A DNA stretch of 38,534 nt, taken from the NCBI GenBank assembly GCA_034435815.1, contig DAOTWK010000239.1, forward strand, positions 1 to 38,534, in the 5' to 3' direction. The notes under the pieces are model-generated. The model had not been told where the DNA came from. It ran no database searches and saw only the letters and a program-made list of their open reading frames with translations. The DNA comes from Anaerolineae bacterium. Its GTDB lineage: Bacteria; Chloroflexota; Anaerolineae; B4-G1; DUEL01. This document shows positions 1 through 7,319 of the stretch, piece after piece (positions within the stretch are counted from its first letter, which is position 1; the number at the start of each line of letters is the position of its first letter). The translations under genes and the position numbers were made by a program.

Positions 1-23
1 ACTTCCGGAAGTGCCTGGCACGC
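1..23. repeat. Right half of a palindromic hairpin element cut by the window edge; same family as the tyrS terminator at 5341-5376. Probably the terminator of the AOR gene.
   Basis: acttccggaAGTGCCTGGCAC matches acttcggggAGTGCCTGGCAC at 5352-5373 (identical 12-nt arm). It lies just downstream of the minus-strand AOR stop at 29-31. Confidence 0.4.
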
Positions 24-28
24 TCTTC

Positions 29-1846
29 CTATGCCAGCCCCGCTGCGGCCAGCGCGGCCGCCGTCGGCGCGCCGGTCTGCGGGTCCCAACCGTATTCGGC
101 GTACGCTCCCGCCAGCAGGACCGCCAGGTCGGGCACCACGCCCGCCGCCCCGCCCGAATCCAGGGGCTCCAGTAGAGGCGCAGGGAGACGGTCGTCGGCC
201 CGGGTCAGCCCCCGGCGCATGTTCAACACCCGCTTTAGGGTGACGATGCGTTTCCCGGCCTCCAGCAGGTCCTCCAGGGACAAATCCCAGCCGGTGGCCG
301 CGCTCAGCACTGCCCGGACCCGCTCCGCGCCCGGATTCTGGAACTGGCAGAGAATCGCCGAATTGTAAAGGTTGCGCCAGGCCTGCTGACGGGCCGCGAT
401 GCGCCCTTTCTCTTCGGTCATCTCCAAGCGGTCGCCGGGGAGGATGCCCAGTTCCACCGCCGGGCCCTGGCCGGTGTCCACCCCGTACATGTCCCCCTCC
501 ATGTGGCAGGCGCCGCGTGGGGAGAGGGCATAGGTGACGGCCATACCCACAAAGGCGCGCGGGTCGTGCATAGGCACCTCCAGCCGGTTGACGACGATGG
601 CCCGTTCCGGCACGCCGAAGCGCTCGGCCAGGGCGGCGCTCCCCTCCGCCAGAACATCCCCGAAGCCTTCCCGTCGGGCTATCATGGAGATGAGCCGATG
701 AACCGTCTCCGCGTCGCCGAAGCGAAGTTCTATGCCGCCGGTGTCGGCGGGAGTGATCACTCTTTCCTCAAAGAGTTCACAGGCCAGGGCGATGGTGCAG
801 CCGGTGCTGATAGTATCCAGTCCATAGACGTTGCAGAGATGCCCGGCGTAGATGACGGCCTCCAGGTCGGATACCATCACCATCGTCCCCAACGCGCCGA
901 TGGTCTCGTATTCGGGGCCGTCCACTTTCTCCAGGCCGTAGCGGGGCGCGCGGGTCTCCCGGCCACAGGCGATGGGGCAGCGGTAACATGCCATCTGGCG
1001 GTTCAGGTATTCATTGGTCAGCAGGACGCCGGAGAGGTTGCCCGCTTCTTCCCATTCTCCCAGCCGCCAGTTGCGGATGGGGAGGTCGCCGAACATCAGC
1101 GCCATGTCCACATAACTCGCCGTTCCCGCCAGCCGCAGCGCCTCCGCGGCCATGTCTTCGGAGACGGCGGCGTTGATTTCCCGCACCGTCGCCTTGAACC
1201 CCTCCGGGTCGGCCAGAGGGACCTGGGTGGTGCCCCGCAGGGCGACCGCCTTGAGGTTTTTAGCGCCCATAACGGCGCCCATACCGGTCCGCCCGGCGGC
1301 GCGGCCGTGGTCGTTCATCACTGCCGCCATTTTCACCCGGCGCTCTCCGGCGGGGCCGATGCAAAGGACGCGCGCTTTCGGTTCGCCCAGGAGTTCCCGG
1401 ACCTGCTCCTGGGTGGCGTAGGAGTCCAGGCCCCAGAGGTCGGCCGCGTCGTGCAGGCGGGCCTCCCCCTCCACCACGGAGAGCCAGACGGGGCGGTCGG
1501 CCCGTCCGGTGACGATGATACCGTCGTATCCGGCGAAGCGGAGTTCCGGCCCCACGAAGCCGCCGGTGTTGGATTCCCCCCAGATGCCGGTGAGGGGGGA
1601 GAGCGCACAGACGCTCAGTCGTCCCGCCGAGGGCATAGCGGTGCCCACCAGCGGGCCGGTCATGAGGATGAAGGGGTTCTCCGGGCCGAGGGGGTCGGTC
1701 TGGGGGCCGACCATATCCAGCAGGTAGCGGGCGGCCAGGCCGCTCCCGCCGACAAAGAGCCGGGCGTATTCTTCGCTCAGCGGCTCCTCCCAGATTCGGC
1801 CCTCGGAGAGGTCCACGCGCAACAGTTTGCCCATGTAGCCGTTCAT
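29..1846 (-). CDS. Aldehyde:ferredoxin oxidoreductase family (tungstopterin/4Fe-4S) enzyme
   Basis: 605-aa ORF. The N-terminus MNGYMGKLLRVDLSEG...FVGGSGLAARYL is typical of AOR family proteins. There is a Cys cluster, ACYRCPIACGR. RBS AAGGAGG sits upstream (sense strand). Confidence 0.88.
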   Translation of the reverse strand: MNGYMGKLLRVDLSEGRIWEEPLSEEYARLFVGGSGLAARYLLDMVGPQTDPLGPENPFILMTGPLVGTAMPSAGRLSVCALSPLTGIWGESNTGGFVGPELRFAGYDGIIVTGRADRPVWLSVVEGEARLHDAADLWGLDSYATQEQVRELLGEPKARVLCIGPAGERRVKMAAVMNDHGRAAGRTGMGAVMGAKNLKAVALRGTTQVPLADPEGFKATVREINAAVSEDMAAEALRLAGTASYVDMALMFGDLPIRNWRLGEWEEAGNLSGVLLTNEYLNRQMACYRCPIACGRETRAPRYGLEKVDGPEYETIGALGTMVMVSDLEAVIYAGHLCNVYGLDTISTGCTIALACELFEERVITPADTGGIELRFGDAETVHRLISMIARREGFGDVLAEGSAALAERFGVPERAIVVNRLEVPMHDPRAFVGMAVTYALSPRGACHMEGDMYGVDTGQGPAVELGILPGDRLEMTEEKGRIAARQQAWRNLYNSAILCQFQNPGAERVRAVLSAATGWDLSLEDLLEAGKRIVTLKRVLNMRRGLTRADDRLPAPLLEPLDSGGAAGVVPDLAVLLAGAYAEYGWDPQTGAPTAAALAAAGLA

Positions 1847-1860
1847 ATCGCCTCCTTACA

Positions 1861-1917
1861 GGTCGCAGGTCGCACGGCGCAGGTTGCAGGGTCGCAGGTC
1901 GCAAGGCGCAAGGGGCA
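1861..1917. repeat. Tandem heptamer array, 8 units (GGTCGCA and variants, one 1-nt phase slip), directly 5' of the AOR RBS
   Basis: Read directly: ggtcgca ggtcgca cggcgca ggttgca g ggtcgca ggtcgca aggcgca aggggca. Confidence 0.9.
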
Positions 1918-2099
1918 GGGAACCCGCCCAGGGAGTTGAGCGTCCTATTCCATGATGCTACAACTTCGGTGATTTGGCAAACTGGGGGGCTTCGCTCCGC
2001 CGAGAAATGAGAAGATAAAACAATTGCTCGTTTTGACAGTAGACAAACGGTCACCGGTTGTAACATGATAGGGGCAGCGACGATGCTGCAGGGGGCGGG

Positions 2100-2589
2100 A
2101 TGATCCGGTTGCTGGTGGTGGACGATCATCCGGTAGTGCGGGCCGGGATGCGGGCCCTTCTGGAGGCCCAGGGGGATGTATACATCGTGGGTGAGGCGGC
2201 GAAGGGAGAGGCGGCATTACGGCTGGCGGAGATGCTGCGACCCGACGTGGTGCTTCTGGACTGCCGGTTGCCGGGGATAGATGGAGTGACGGTAGCGCGG
2301 GCCCTGCGGGAGCGCTGTCCGGCCGCCCGCACAGTGGCGCTGAGCGCGCATGCGGATGGGTGCCTGGTCTGGGGGATGTTGGAGGCCGGGGCGGCGGGGT
2401 ACGTGCTGAAGGACAAGCCGCCGGAGGCGATTCTGGCGGCGGTGCGGGCGGCGGCAGGGGGAGAGATACTTCAGTCCATCGGTGGCGCTCCGGGTGGCTG
2501 CCTGGGCACGGGGCGAGCGGCCCGGCAGGCTGACAGAGCGGGAGTGGGAAGTTTTGCGGTTGATGGTAGATCTCCTCTCCCGCCGCTGA
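2100..2589 (+). pseudogene. NarL/LuxR-type response regulator, frameshifted and 3'-truncated
   Basis: The receiver domain is intact (MIRLLVVDDHPVVRAG...DVVLLDCRLPGIDG...YVLKD). After the G5 run at 2457-2461 the family-typical continuation ERYFSPSVALRV...RLTEREWEVLRLMV is in the +1 frame. That frame stops at 2587-2589, before the rest of the LuxR HTH. The 305-aa track ORF continues out of frame into antisense hypE. Confidence 0.75.
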
Positions 2590-2609
2590 AAGGCGAGCGG
2601 GAGAGGAGA
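2571..2609. other. Very stable hairpin (13-bp perfect stem plus 3 more pairs) at the point where the response-regulator HTH coding sequence breaks off
   Basis: tctcctctcccgc (2571-2583) pairs with gcgggagaggaga (2597-2609). No U-tract follows on either strand. Confidence 0.8.
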
Positions 2610-2763
2610 GAGGATCGGGTGATGTGGGGGCGAAGCAGCGGATTGCCGGATAATTTTTTGGGTTGTAAAACCGCCGGGCGAAGGAAGTCCGACAAATTTG
2701 GGACCCACCCGGCGGCGGTCGGAGGCCGCCGCCGCAAAACCTCTCATCCCTCTATCGGGTGGA

Positions 2764-3774
2764 TCAACAAATTCGCGGGAGCAACTCCCCCAACGGCATG
2801 TCCACCACCCGTCGCCCGCCGATACCGGTGCGGGCCAGGACCAGGCCGGGATGCTCCGCCGTTGCCCGGCCGATGCGGGCGGCATCCCGGCCCAGCGGGT
2901 GGGCCCGCAGCGCCGCCAGGGCGGCCTCCGCCTCTTCCGGCGGGACGAAGGCGACCAGTTTCCCCTCATTGGCAACCGTCAGCGGGTCAAATCCCAGCAT
3001 TTCGCATGCTGCCATGACGGCCGGACGGACAGGCACGGCGGCTTCATCCAGTTCCACCCCCACGCCGGCCGCGACAGCCAGTTCGTTCAGCGCAGCCGCC
3101 ACTCCGCCCCGCGTCGGGTCTCGGAGGCAGTGGGTGTGGGGGGCCGCCGTCAGCAGTGCCTCCACCAGGCTATGAAGTGGCGCACTGTCGGAGACCAATT
3201 CGGTCTCAAAGCCCAGCCCCTCGCGCTCACTGAGCACGGCGATCCCATGGTCGCCGACGGTGCCGCTGATCAGAATGACATCCCCGGGGCGAATGCGATG
3301 AGGAGCCACATCCACCCCCTCGGGCACCACCCCGACGCCGGTGGTGTTGATGTAGACCCCGTCCCCATGGCCCCGTTCTACCACCTTCGTGTCCCCCGCT
3401 ACGATGAGGACCCCTGCCTCCTGAGCAGCCGTCGCCATAGACCGGGTAATCCGCTGGAGGTCCTCTATCGGCAGGCCTTCTTCCAGAATGAACGCGGCGG
3501 TGAGCCAGAGGGGACGGGCGCCGCGCATGGCCAGGTCGTTCACCGTGCCGTGGACGGCCAGTGAGCCGATGTCTCCGCCCGGAAAGAAGAGCGGTCGCAC
3601 CACAAAGGAATCGGTGGAAATGGCAATTCGGCCGTTCCCGGCCAGGGCCAGGACGGTGGAATCGGCCAGTTGGCGCAGGAGAGGGTTATCCAGATGGCGA
3701 AGGAAGACCTCCTGGATGAGATCCGCCATCATCCTTCCTCCTGCGCCGTGGCTCATGCGAATAGTCGTTTCCAT
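2764..3774 (-). CDS. hypE: Hydrogenase maturation protein HypE (carbamoyl dehydratase, PurM superfamily)
   Basis: 336 aa. Motifs seen: HGAGG, TDSFVV.PLFFPGGDIGSLAVHGTVNDLAM, GDTKVV. The diagnostic C-terminal PRIC is present. Confidence 0.92.
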   Translation of the reverse strand: METTIRMSHGAGGRMMADLIQEVFLRHLDNPLLRQLADSTVLALAGNGRIAISTDSFVVRPLFFPGGDIGSLAVHGTVNDLAMRGARPLWLTAAFILEEGLPIEDLQRITRSMATAAQEAGVLIVAGDTKVVERGHGDGVYINTTGVGVVPEGVDVAPHRIRPGDVILISGTVGDHGIAVLSEREGLGFETELVSDSAPLHSLVEALLTAAPHTHCLRDPTRGGVAAALNELAVAAGVGVELDEAAVPVRPAVMAACEMLGFDPLTVANEGKLVAFVPPEEAEAALAALRAHPLGRDAARIGRATAEHPGLVLARTGIGGRRVVDMPLGELLPRIC

Positions 3775-3865
3775 AAATCAAATACTCCTCAGGGCAGAAT
3801 AGATCGGTTTTTGAAGGATAGTAACCCAGTCTGTACATTTTGTCAACCGCGCGTCTAGCCCCCAC

Positions 3866-3893
3866 TTGCAATCTGGACAAATTCGGGTATCAT
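3866..3893 (+). promoter_or_regulatory. Candidate sigma70-type promoter for tyrS (TTGCAA-N16-TATCAT)
   Basis: Hexamers read at 3866-3871 and 3888-3893. This implies a leader of about 215 nt. Confidence 0.35.
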
Positions 3894-3961
3894 AACTACA
3901 ACTCCATCAGGTCAGATGCAGGACATGAACCGCTGGAGAGCATTCACCTACATCTACGTTA

Positions 3962-4015
3962 GCGGATTGTAGCGCGGCCCTTCGGGCCCGCTGGCCCTTC
4001 CGCGCTACAATCCGC
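3962..4015. other. Large perfect hairpin (16-bp stem, 22-nt loop) inside the tyrS leader / hypE-tyrS divergent spacer
   Basis: gcggattgtagcgcgg (3962-3977) pairs with ccgcgctacaatccgc (4000-4015). The loop holds its own ggccc-ttc-gggcc mini-hairpin. No U-tract follows. Confidence 0.85.
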
Positions 4016-4114
4016 CCTCGCCTGTCCTCACTCAACGCTTGACACTCTTTCCCTTGAGGCCTCCCCTCTCCATCCCACATCCTGTATTCTTGTATCCTTC
4101 CATAGGAGCCGGCT

Positions 4115-5338
4115 ATGAAACCGTTATCCATAGACGACCAGGTCGCCCTGCTGATGCACGGGGCTGAATTTGGTGATGACCAGATCAGAGAGCGTATGGC
4201 TCAGGAACTCCGGGAGCGCTTGAAAGAAGGCCGTCCCCTGCGGGTCTACTGCGGGTACGACCCCACTGCTCCCGACCTTCACCTGGGCCACACCGTCACT
4301 ATGCGCAAACTGCGGCTTTTCCAGGACCTGGGGCATCAGGCCATCTTCGTCATTGGGGACTACACTGCTCTCATCGGCGACCCGTCCGGCCGCGATAGGG
4401 CCCGTCCTCGCCCCACGCGTGAACAGGTCCAGGCCAACGCCCGCACTTATGTCCAGCAGGCCTTCAAAATACTGGACCCGGAACGGACAGAAGTCCGGTA
4501 CAACGGGGAATGGCTCTCCAAACTCTCCTACGAAGAGTTTATCTTTCTGGCTGCGCAGGTGACCGTTCAGCAGTTTCTGACGCGGGAGAATTTCGCCAGG
4601 CGGTACGCGGATGGGGACGCCATCTGGCTGCACGAATTCCTCTATCCTCTGGCCCAGGGATACGACGCGGTGATGCTGCGGGCCGATGTCCAGATTGGCG
4701 GTACGGACCAACTCTTCAACCTGCTGGTGGGCCGGAAAATCCAGGAAGCCTACGGCCTGCCCCCGCAGGTCTGCATCACTTATCCCATCCTGGTCGGCAC
4801 CGACGGCAAAATGCGGATGTCCAAGAGCATGGGCAACTACATCGGCGTGGACGAGCCGCCGGAGGTGATGTACGGCAAGGTCATGTCCATCCCGGACGAG
4901 GCGATGCCCAACTACTTTGACCTGGTGACTCGCTGGTCGCCGGAGGAGATTGCCCGGATTAAAGCAGCCATCGCCGACGGCTCCCTCCACCCGATGGAGG
5001 CCAAGAAGCGGCTGGCCTGGGAAATCGTGGACATCTTTCACGGGCGGGAGGCCGCCGATGCCGCCGCAGAGCACTTCCGTCGCGTTTTCCAGGAACGGCA
5101 ACTCCCGCCGGAGATACCCGTCTGGGAACTGCGGGGGCCGGTTAACATCGTAGACCTTATCTATGCTGCCGGGATGACTCGCTCCAAAAGTGACGCTCGC
5201 CGGTTGATCCAGCAGGGGAGCGTCCTGCTGGACGGGGTGAAGGTCACCAGCGTAGAAACCGTCGTTGAGCCGGAGAAGGAAGCCATCCTGCGAGTCGGTA
5301 ACCGGGGCTTCCTGCGGCTGGTGCCGGCCCGTGAATAG
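4115..5338 (+). CDS. tyrS: Tyrosyl-tRNA synthetase with C-terminal S4-like domain
   Basis: 407 aa. HIGH-type motif (DLHLGH) and KMSKS-type motif (KMRMSKSMGN) are present. The C-terminal RSKSDARRLIQQGSVLLDG is S4-like. RBS is GGAGCC. Confidence 0.92.
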   Translation: MKPLSIDDQVALLMHGAEFGDDQIRERMAQELRERLKEGRPLRVYCGYDPTAPDLHLGHTVTMRKLRLFQDLGHQAIFVIGDYTALIGDPSGRDRARPRPTREQVQANARTYVQQAFKILDPERTEVRYNGEWLSKLSYEEFIFLAAQVTVQQFLTRENFARRYADGDAIWLHEFLYPLAQGYDAVMLRADVQIGGTDQLFNLLVGRKIQEAYGLPPQVCITYPILVGTDGKMRMSKSMGNYIGVDEPPEVMYGKVMSIPDEAMPNYFDLVTRWSPEEIARIKAAIADGSLHPMEAKKRLAWEIVDIFHGREAADAAAEHFRRVFQERQLPPEIPVWELRGPVNIVDLIYAAGMTRSKSDARRLIQQGSVLLDGVKVTSVETVVEPEKEAILRVGNRGFLRLVPARE

Positions 5339-5340
5339 TG

Positions 5341-5380
5341 AAAGTGCCAGGCACTTCGGGGAGTGCCTGGCACTTTTGAT
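5341..5380 (+). terminator. Rho-independent terminator of tyrS
   Basis: Perfect 15-bp stem, aaagtgccaggcact / agtgcctggcacttt, with a 6-nt loop. It runs into TTTT, 3 nt after the TAG stop. Confidence 0.8.
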
Positions 5381-5396
5381 TCTCTGGAGGAGCCGC

Positions 5397-6185
5397 ATGC
5401 CCTACGTCCAGGTGAACGGTCTGCGTCTGCACTACCTGGTCCAGGGGTTCGGACCGGCCATGGTGCTGATTCACGGTCTGGGCTCCTGCGCGGAGGACTG
5501 GTCCCTGCTGCAGGCGCCGGCCCTGAGCCAGCGCTACCGGGTCCTGATGCCGGACCTGCGCGGCCACGGCCGAAGCGACAAGCCCCCCGGCCCTTACACT
5601 GTCCCCCAGATGGCCGACGACATCGCAGGATTCCTGAGCGCCCTGGGGACGGATTCGGCCCACATCATCGGGCTCTCCCTGGGCGGCGCGGTGGCCCAGG
5701 CGCTGGCCGTTCGGCATCCGGAGAGAGTCCGTTCCCTGGTGCTGGTCAATACCTTCGCCTATCTGCGGCCGAAGGGATGGGCGGAGTGGCGGCTGACCCT
5801 GACCCGCTTTGGGGCCCTGCTGGTGAACCTGGCCCTTCATGCTCGGCTGGAGGCGGAGCAACTTTTCCCCCGACCGGGCCAAGCGGGTTTGCGACGAGTG
5901 GCCTATCACCGACTCTGCACCAACGACCCCGCCGCTTACCGGGCGGCAATGATGGCGATGGCCCGCTACGACGGCCGTCGGGACCTGGGGCGCATCCGGG
6001 CCCCCACCCTGATTGTGGCGGGCCGGGAGGATACGGTGGTCCCCCTGCGGGCCAAAGAGGAACTGGCAGCGGGCATCCCCGGCGCCCGTCTGGTGGTCAT
6101 TCCCCGTTCCGGCCATGCCACGCCGACAGACCAGCCGGTGGTATTCAATCGCCTGGTGCTGGAGTTCCTGGGCGAACACCCCTGA
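5397..6185 (+). CDS. Alpha/beta-fold hydrolase
   Basis: ATG at 5397 is preceded by GGAGGA. Motifs seen: HGLG oxyanion region, nucleophile elbow GLSLGG, late GH. About 262 aa. The track ORF start at 5265 lies inside tyrS. Confidence 0.85.
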   Translation: MPYVQVNGLRLHYLVQGFGPAMVLIHGLGSCAEDWSLLQAPALSQRYRVLMPDLRGHGRSDKPPGPYTVPQMADDIAGFLSALGTDSAHIIGLSLGGAVAQALAVRHPERVRSLVLVNTFAYLRPKGWAEWRLTLTRFGALLVNLALHARLEAEQLFPRPGQAGLRRVAYHRLCTNDPAAYRAAMMAMARYDGRRDLGRIRAPTLIVAGREDTVVPLRAKEELAAGIPGARLVVIPRSGHATPTDQPVVFNRLVLEFLGEHP

Positions 6186-6207
6186 ACACTCGGGCCATGC
6201 AATGGTA

Positions 6208-6256
6208 ATGGGGGTTGGGGGGGGGGCGGCAAAGCCGCCCCCCCCAACCCCCATTT
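6208..6256 (+). terminator. Long G/C homopolymer hairpin after the hydrolase gene; probable terminator
   Basis: atgggggtt-G10-cggc aaa gccg-C8-aaccccat, then TT. The G10 versus C8 mismatch gives a 2-nt bulge. Confidence 0.5.
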
Positions 6257-6299
6257 GGCCCGCCTGCTGAGCCGGTAACATTTCCTGCGAACAAAGGGC

Positions 6300-6327
6300 T
6301 TGACAACTGGAATTCTTTCGCTATAAT
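6300..6327 (+). promoter_or_regulatory. Near-consensus sigma70 promoter of the tRNA gene (TTGACA-N16-TATAAT)
   Basis: TTGACA is at 6300-6305 and TATAAT at 6322-6327. The tRNA 5' end is 9 nt downstream. Confidence 0.65.
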
Positions 6328-6335
6328 ATAGCACA

Positions 6336-6407
6336 GGCGACGTAGCTCAAAGGCAGAGCAGGGGACTCATAAGCCCTTGGTTGGGGGTTCAAATCCCTCC
6401 GTCGCCA
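6336..6407 (+). tRNA. tRNA with CAT anticodon (elongator Met, or Ile2 if lysidine-modified); no encoded CCA
   Basis: I folded the cloverleaf by hand. Acceptor stem GGCGACG/CGTCGCC is a perfect 7 bp. D arm is GCTC...GAGC. The anticodon loop CTCATAA has CAT at 6368-6370. T arm is GGGGG TTCAAAT CCCTC. G1-C72 are paired, so this is not an initiator. One A-G mismatch closes the anticodon stem. Confidence 0.85.
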
Positions 6408-6427
6408 CTGGAAGTCTGAATCCAACC

Positions 6428-6467
6428 AAAAAACGCCCCACATCTCCAGTGGGGCGTTTGTGTTTGT
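6428..6467. terminator. Bidirectional rho-independent terminator between the tRNA and convergent trmD
   Basis: A-tract, then stem aaacgcccca / tggggcgttt, then T-rich tgtgtttg. Confidence 0.7.
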
Positions 6468-6503
6468 CTGAACCGATTCGCGCCAGCAGCACCGCGATGG
6501 CCA

Positions 6504-7259
6504 TTATGTAGATTTATCGTCCTCCGGGGTCTTGCGCCAGCCCAAACGGGCCAGGAAGGCCCGATCCTCCTCGGTCAGAGCGGCCCGCTCCAGCAGATCT
6601 GGGCGGCGCTCCAGCGTGCGCCGCAGCGCCTGCTCCCGCCGCCAGCGAGCAATGGCCGCATGGTTGCCCGAAAGAAGCACCTCCGGCACTCCCCACCCCC
6701 GGAAGACCGCCGGCCGGGTGTAGTGGGGGTATTCCAGTAGCCCCCAGGCATAGGAATCCTCAAATGTCGCGCCGGGGTCTCCCAGGACTCCTGGCAGGAG
6801 GCGGGTGACAGCGTCTATAATGACCATCGCCGCCAGTTCACCGCCGCTGAGGACGTAATCCCCAATGGAAATCTCATCGGTCGCCAGATGCTCCCGCACC
6901 CTTTCATCCACCCCCTCGTACCGCCCACAGATCAGCACCAACCGGGGGTGGCGAGATAGTTCCTTTGCCACCTCGTGGGTAAAGAGCCGCCCCTGAGGAG
7001 ATAGAAGGATCACGGGGACTCTCTGCTCGTCTCCCAACACCGCCTCCACAGCGGCGAAAATGGGTTCCGGTTTCATCACCATTCCCCCACCCCCCCCGTA
7101 AGGGGCATCGTCGGTAATGCGGTGACGACCGGCGGCGTAGTCCCGGATGTTGTGAAGGTGAACGGAAATCAGCCCACGCTCCTGAGCCCGCTTGATGATG
7201 CTTTCCTGCAGCGGGCCGGTGAACATCTCTGGGAAAAGGGTCAATACGTCAAATCGCAT
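6504..7259 (-). CDS. trmD: tRNA (guanine37-N1)-methyltransferase TrmD
   Basis: 251 aa. [13 protein letters not shown]..., [11 protein letters not shown] and [11 protein letters not shown] are TrmD hallmarks. Confidence 0.93.
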   Translation of the reverse strand: MRFDVLTLFPEMFTGPLQESIIKRAQERGLISVHLHNIRDYAAGRHRITDDAPYGGGGGMVMKPEPIFAAVEAVLGDEQRVPVILLSPQGRLFTHEVAKELSRHPRLVLICGRYEGVDERVREHLATDEISIGDYVLSGGELAAMVIIDAVTRLLPGVLGDPGATFEDSYAWGLLEYPHYTRPAVFRGWGVPEVLLSGNHAAIARWRREQALRRTLERRPDLLERAALTEEDRAFLARLGWRKTPEDDKST

Positions 7260-7271
7260 TTCTCCCTATCG

Positions 7272-7305
7272 CCACAGAAACCTACAGAACTACAGAACTA
7301 CGCCG
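7272..7305. repeat. Octamer tandem repeat (CTACAGAA family) between the trmD start and the stop of the TPR gene
   Basis: ccacagaaa c ctacagaa ctacagaa ctacgccg. Confidence 0.85.
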
Positions 7306-7319
7306 TGCTGAGGACTCCC

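Noticed and set aside
503-1939. Long plus-strand ORF (478 aa) opposite the AOR gene. Similar shadow ORFs occur at 4124-5398, 10613-12172, 12460-14703, 23628-26561, 26741-29593, 29711-32323 and 34486-36036.
   Set aside because: These are typical stop-poor antisense frames of high-GC DNA. Their translations are Arg/Gly/Pro/Ala-rich low-complexity sequence with no motifs. In every case the opposite strand encodes a protein with clear family signatures.
2100-3017. The 305-aa track ORF taken as an intact response regulator.
   Set aside because: Beyond residue ~120 the translation loses all family resemblance and runs antisense into hypE. The family-typical sequence continues in the +1 frame and terminates at 2589.
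3900-4114. T-box riboswitch in the tyrS leader.
   Set aside because: I did not see a specifier-loop/Stem I AGAGA-GA motif arrangement. The T-box-like stretch, GGATTGTAGCGCGG, lacks the UGGN bulge. No terminator U-tract or obvious anti-SD follows the hairpin. This needs an Infernal scan to be certain.
6336-6407. The tRNA gene as an integration hotspot for a genomic island.
   Set aside because: There is no integrase, no direct repeat of the tRNA 3' end and no compositional shift next to it. The flanking genes are ordinary (a hydrolase and trmD).
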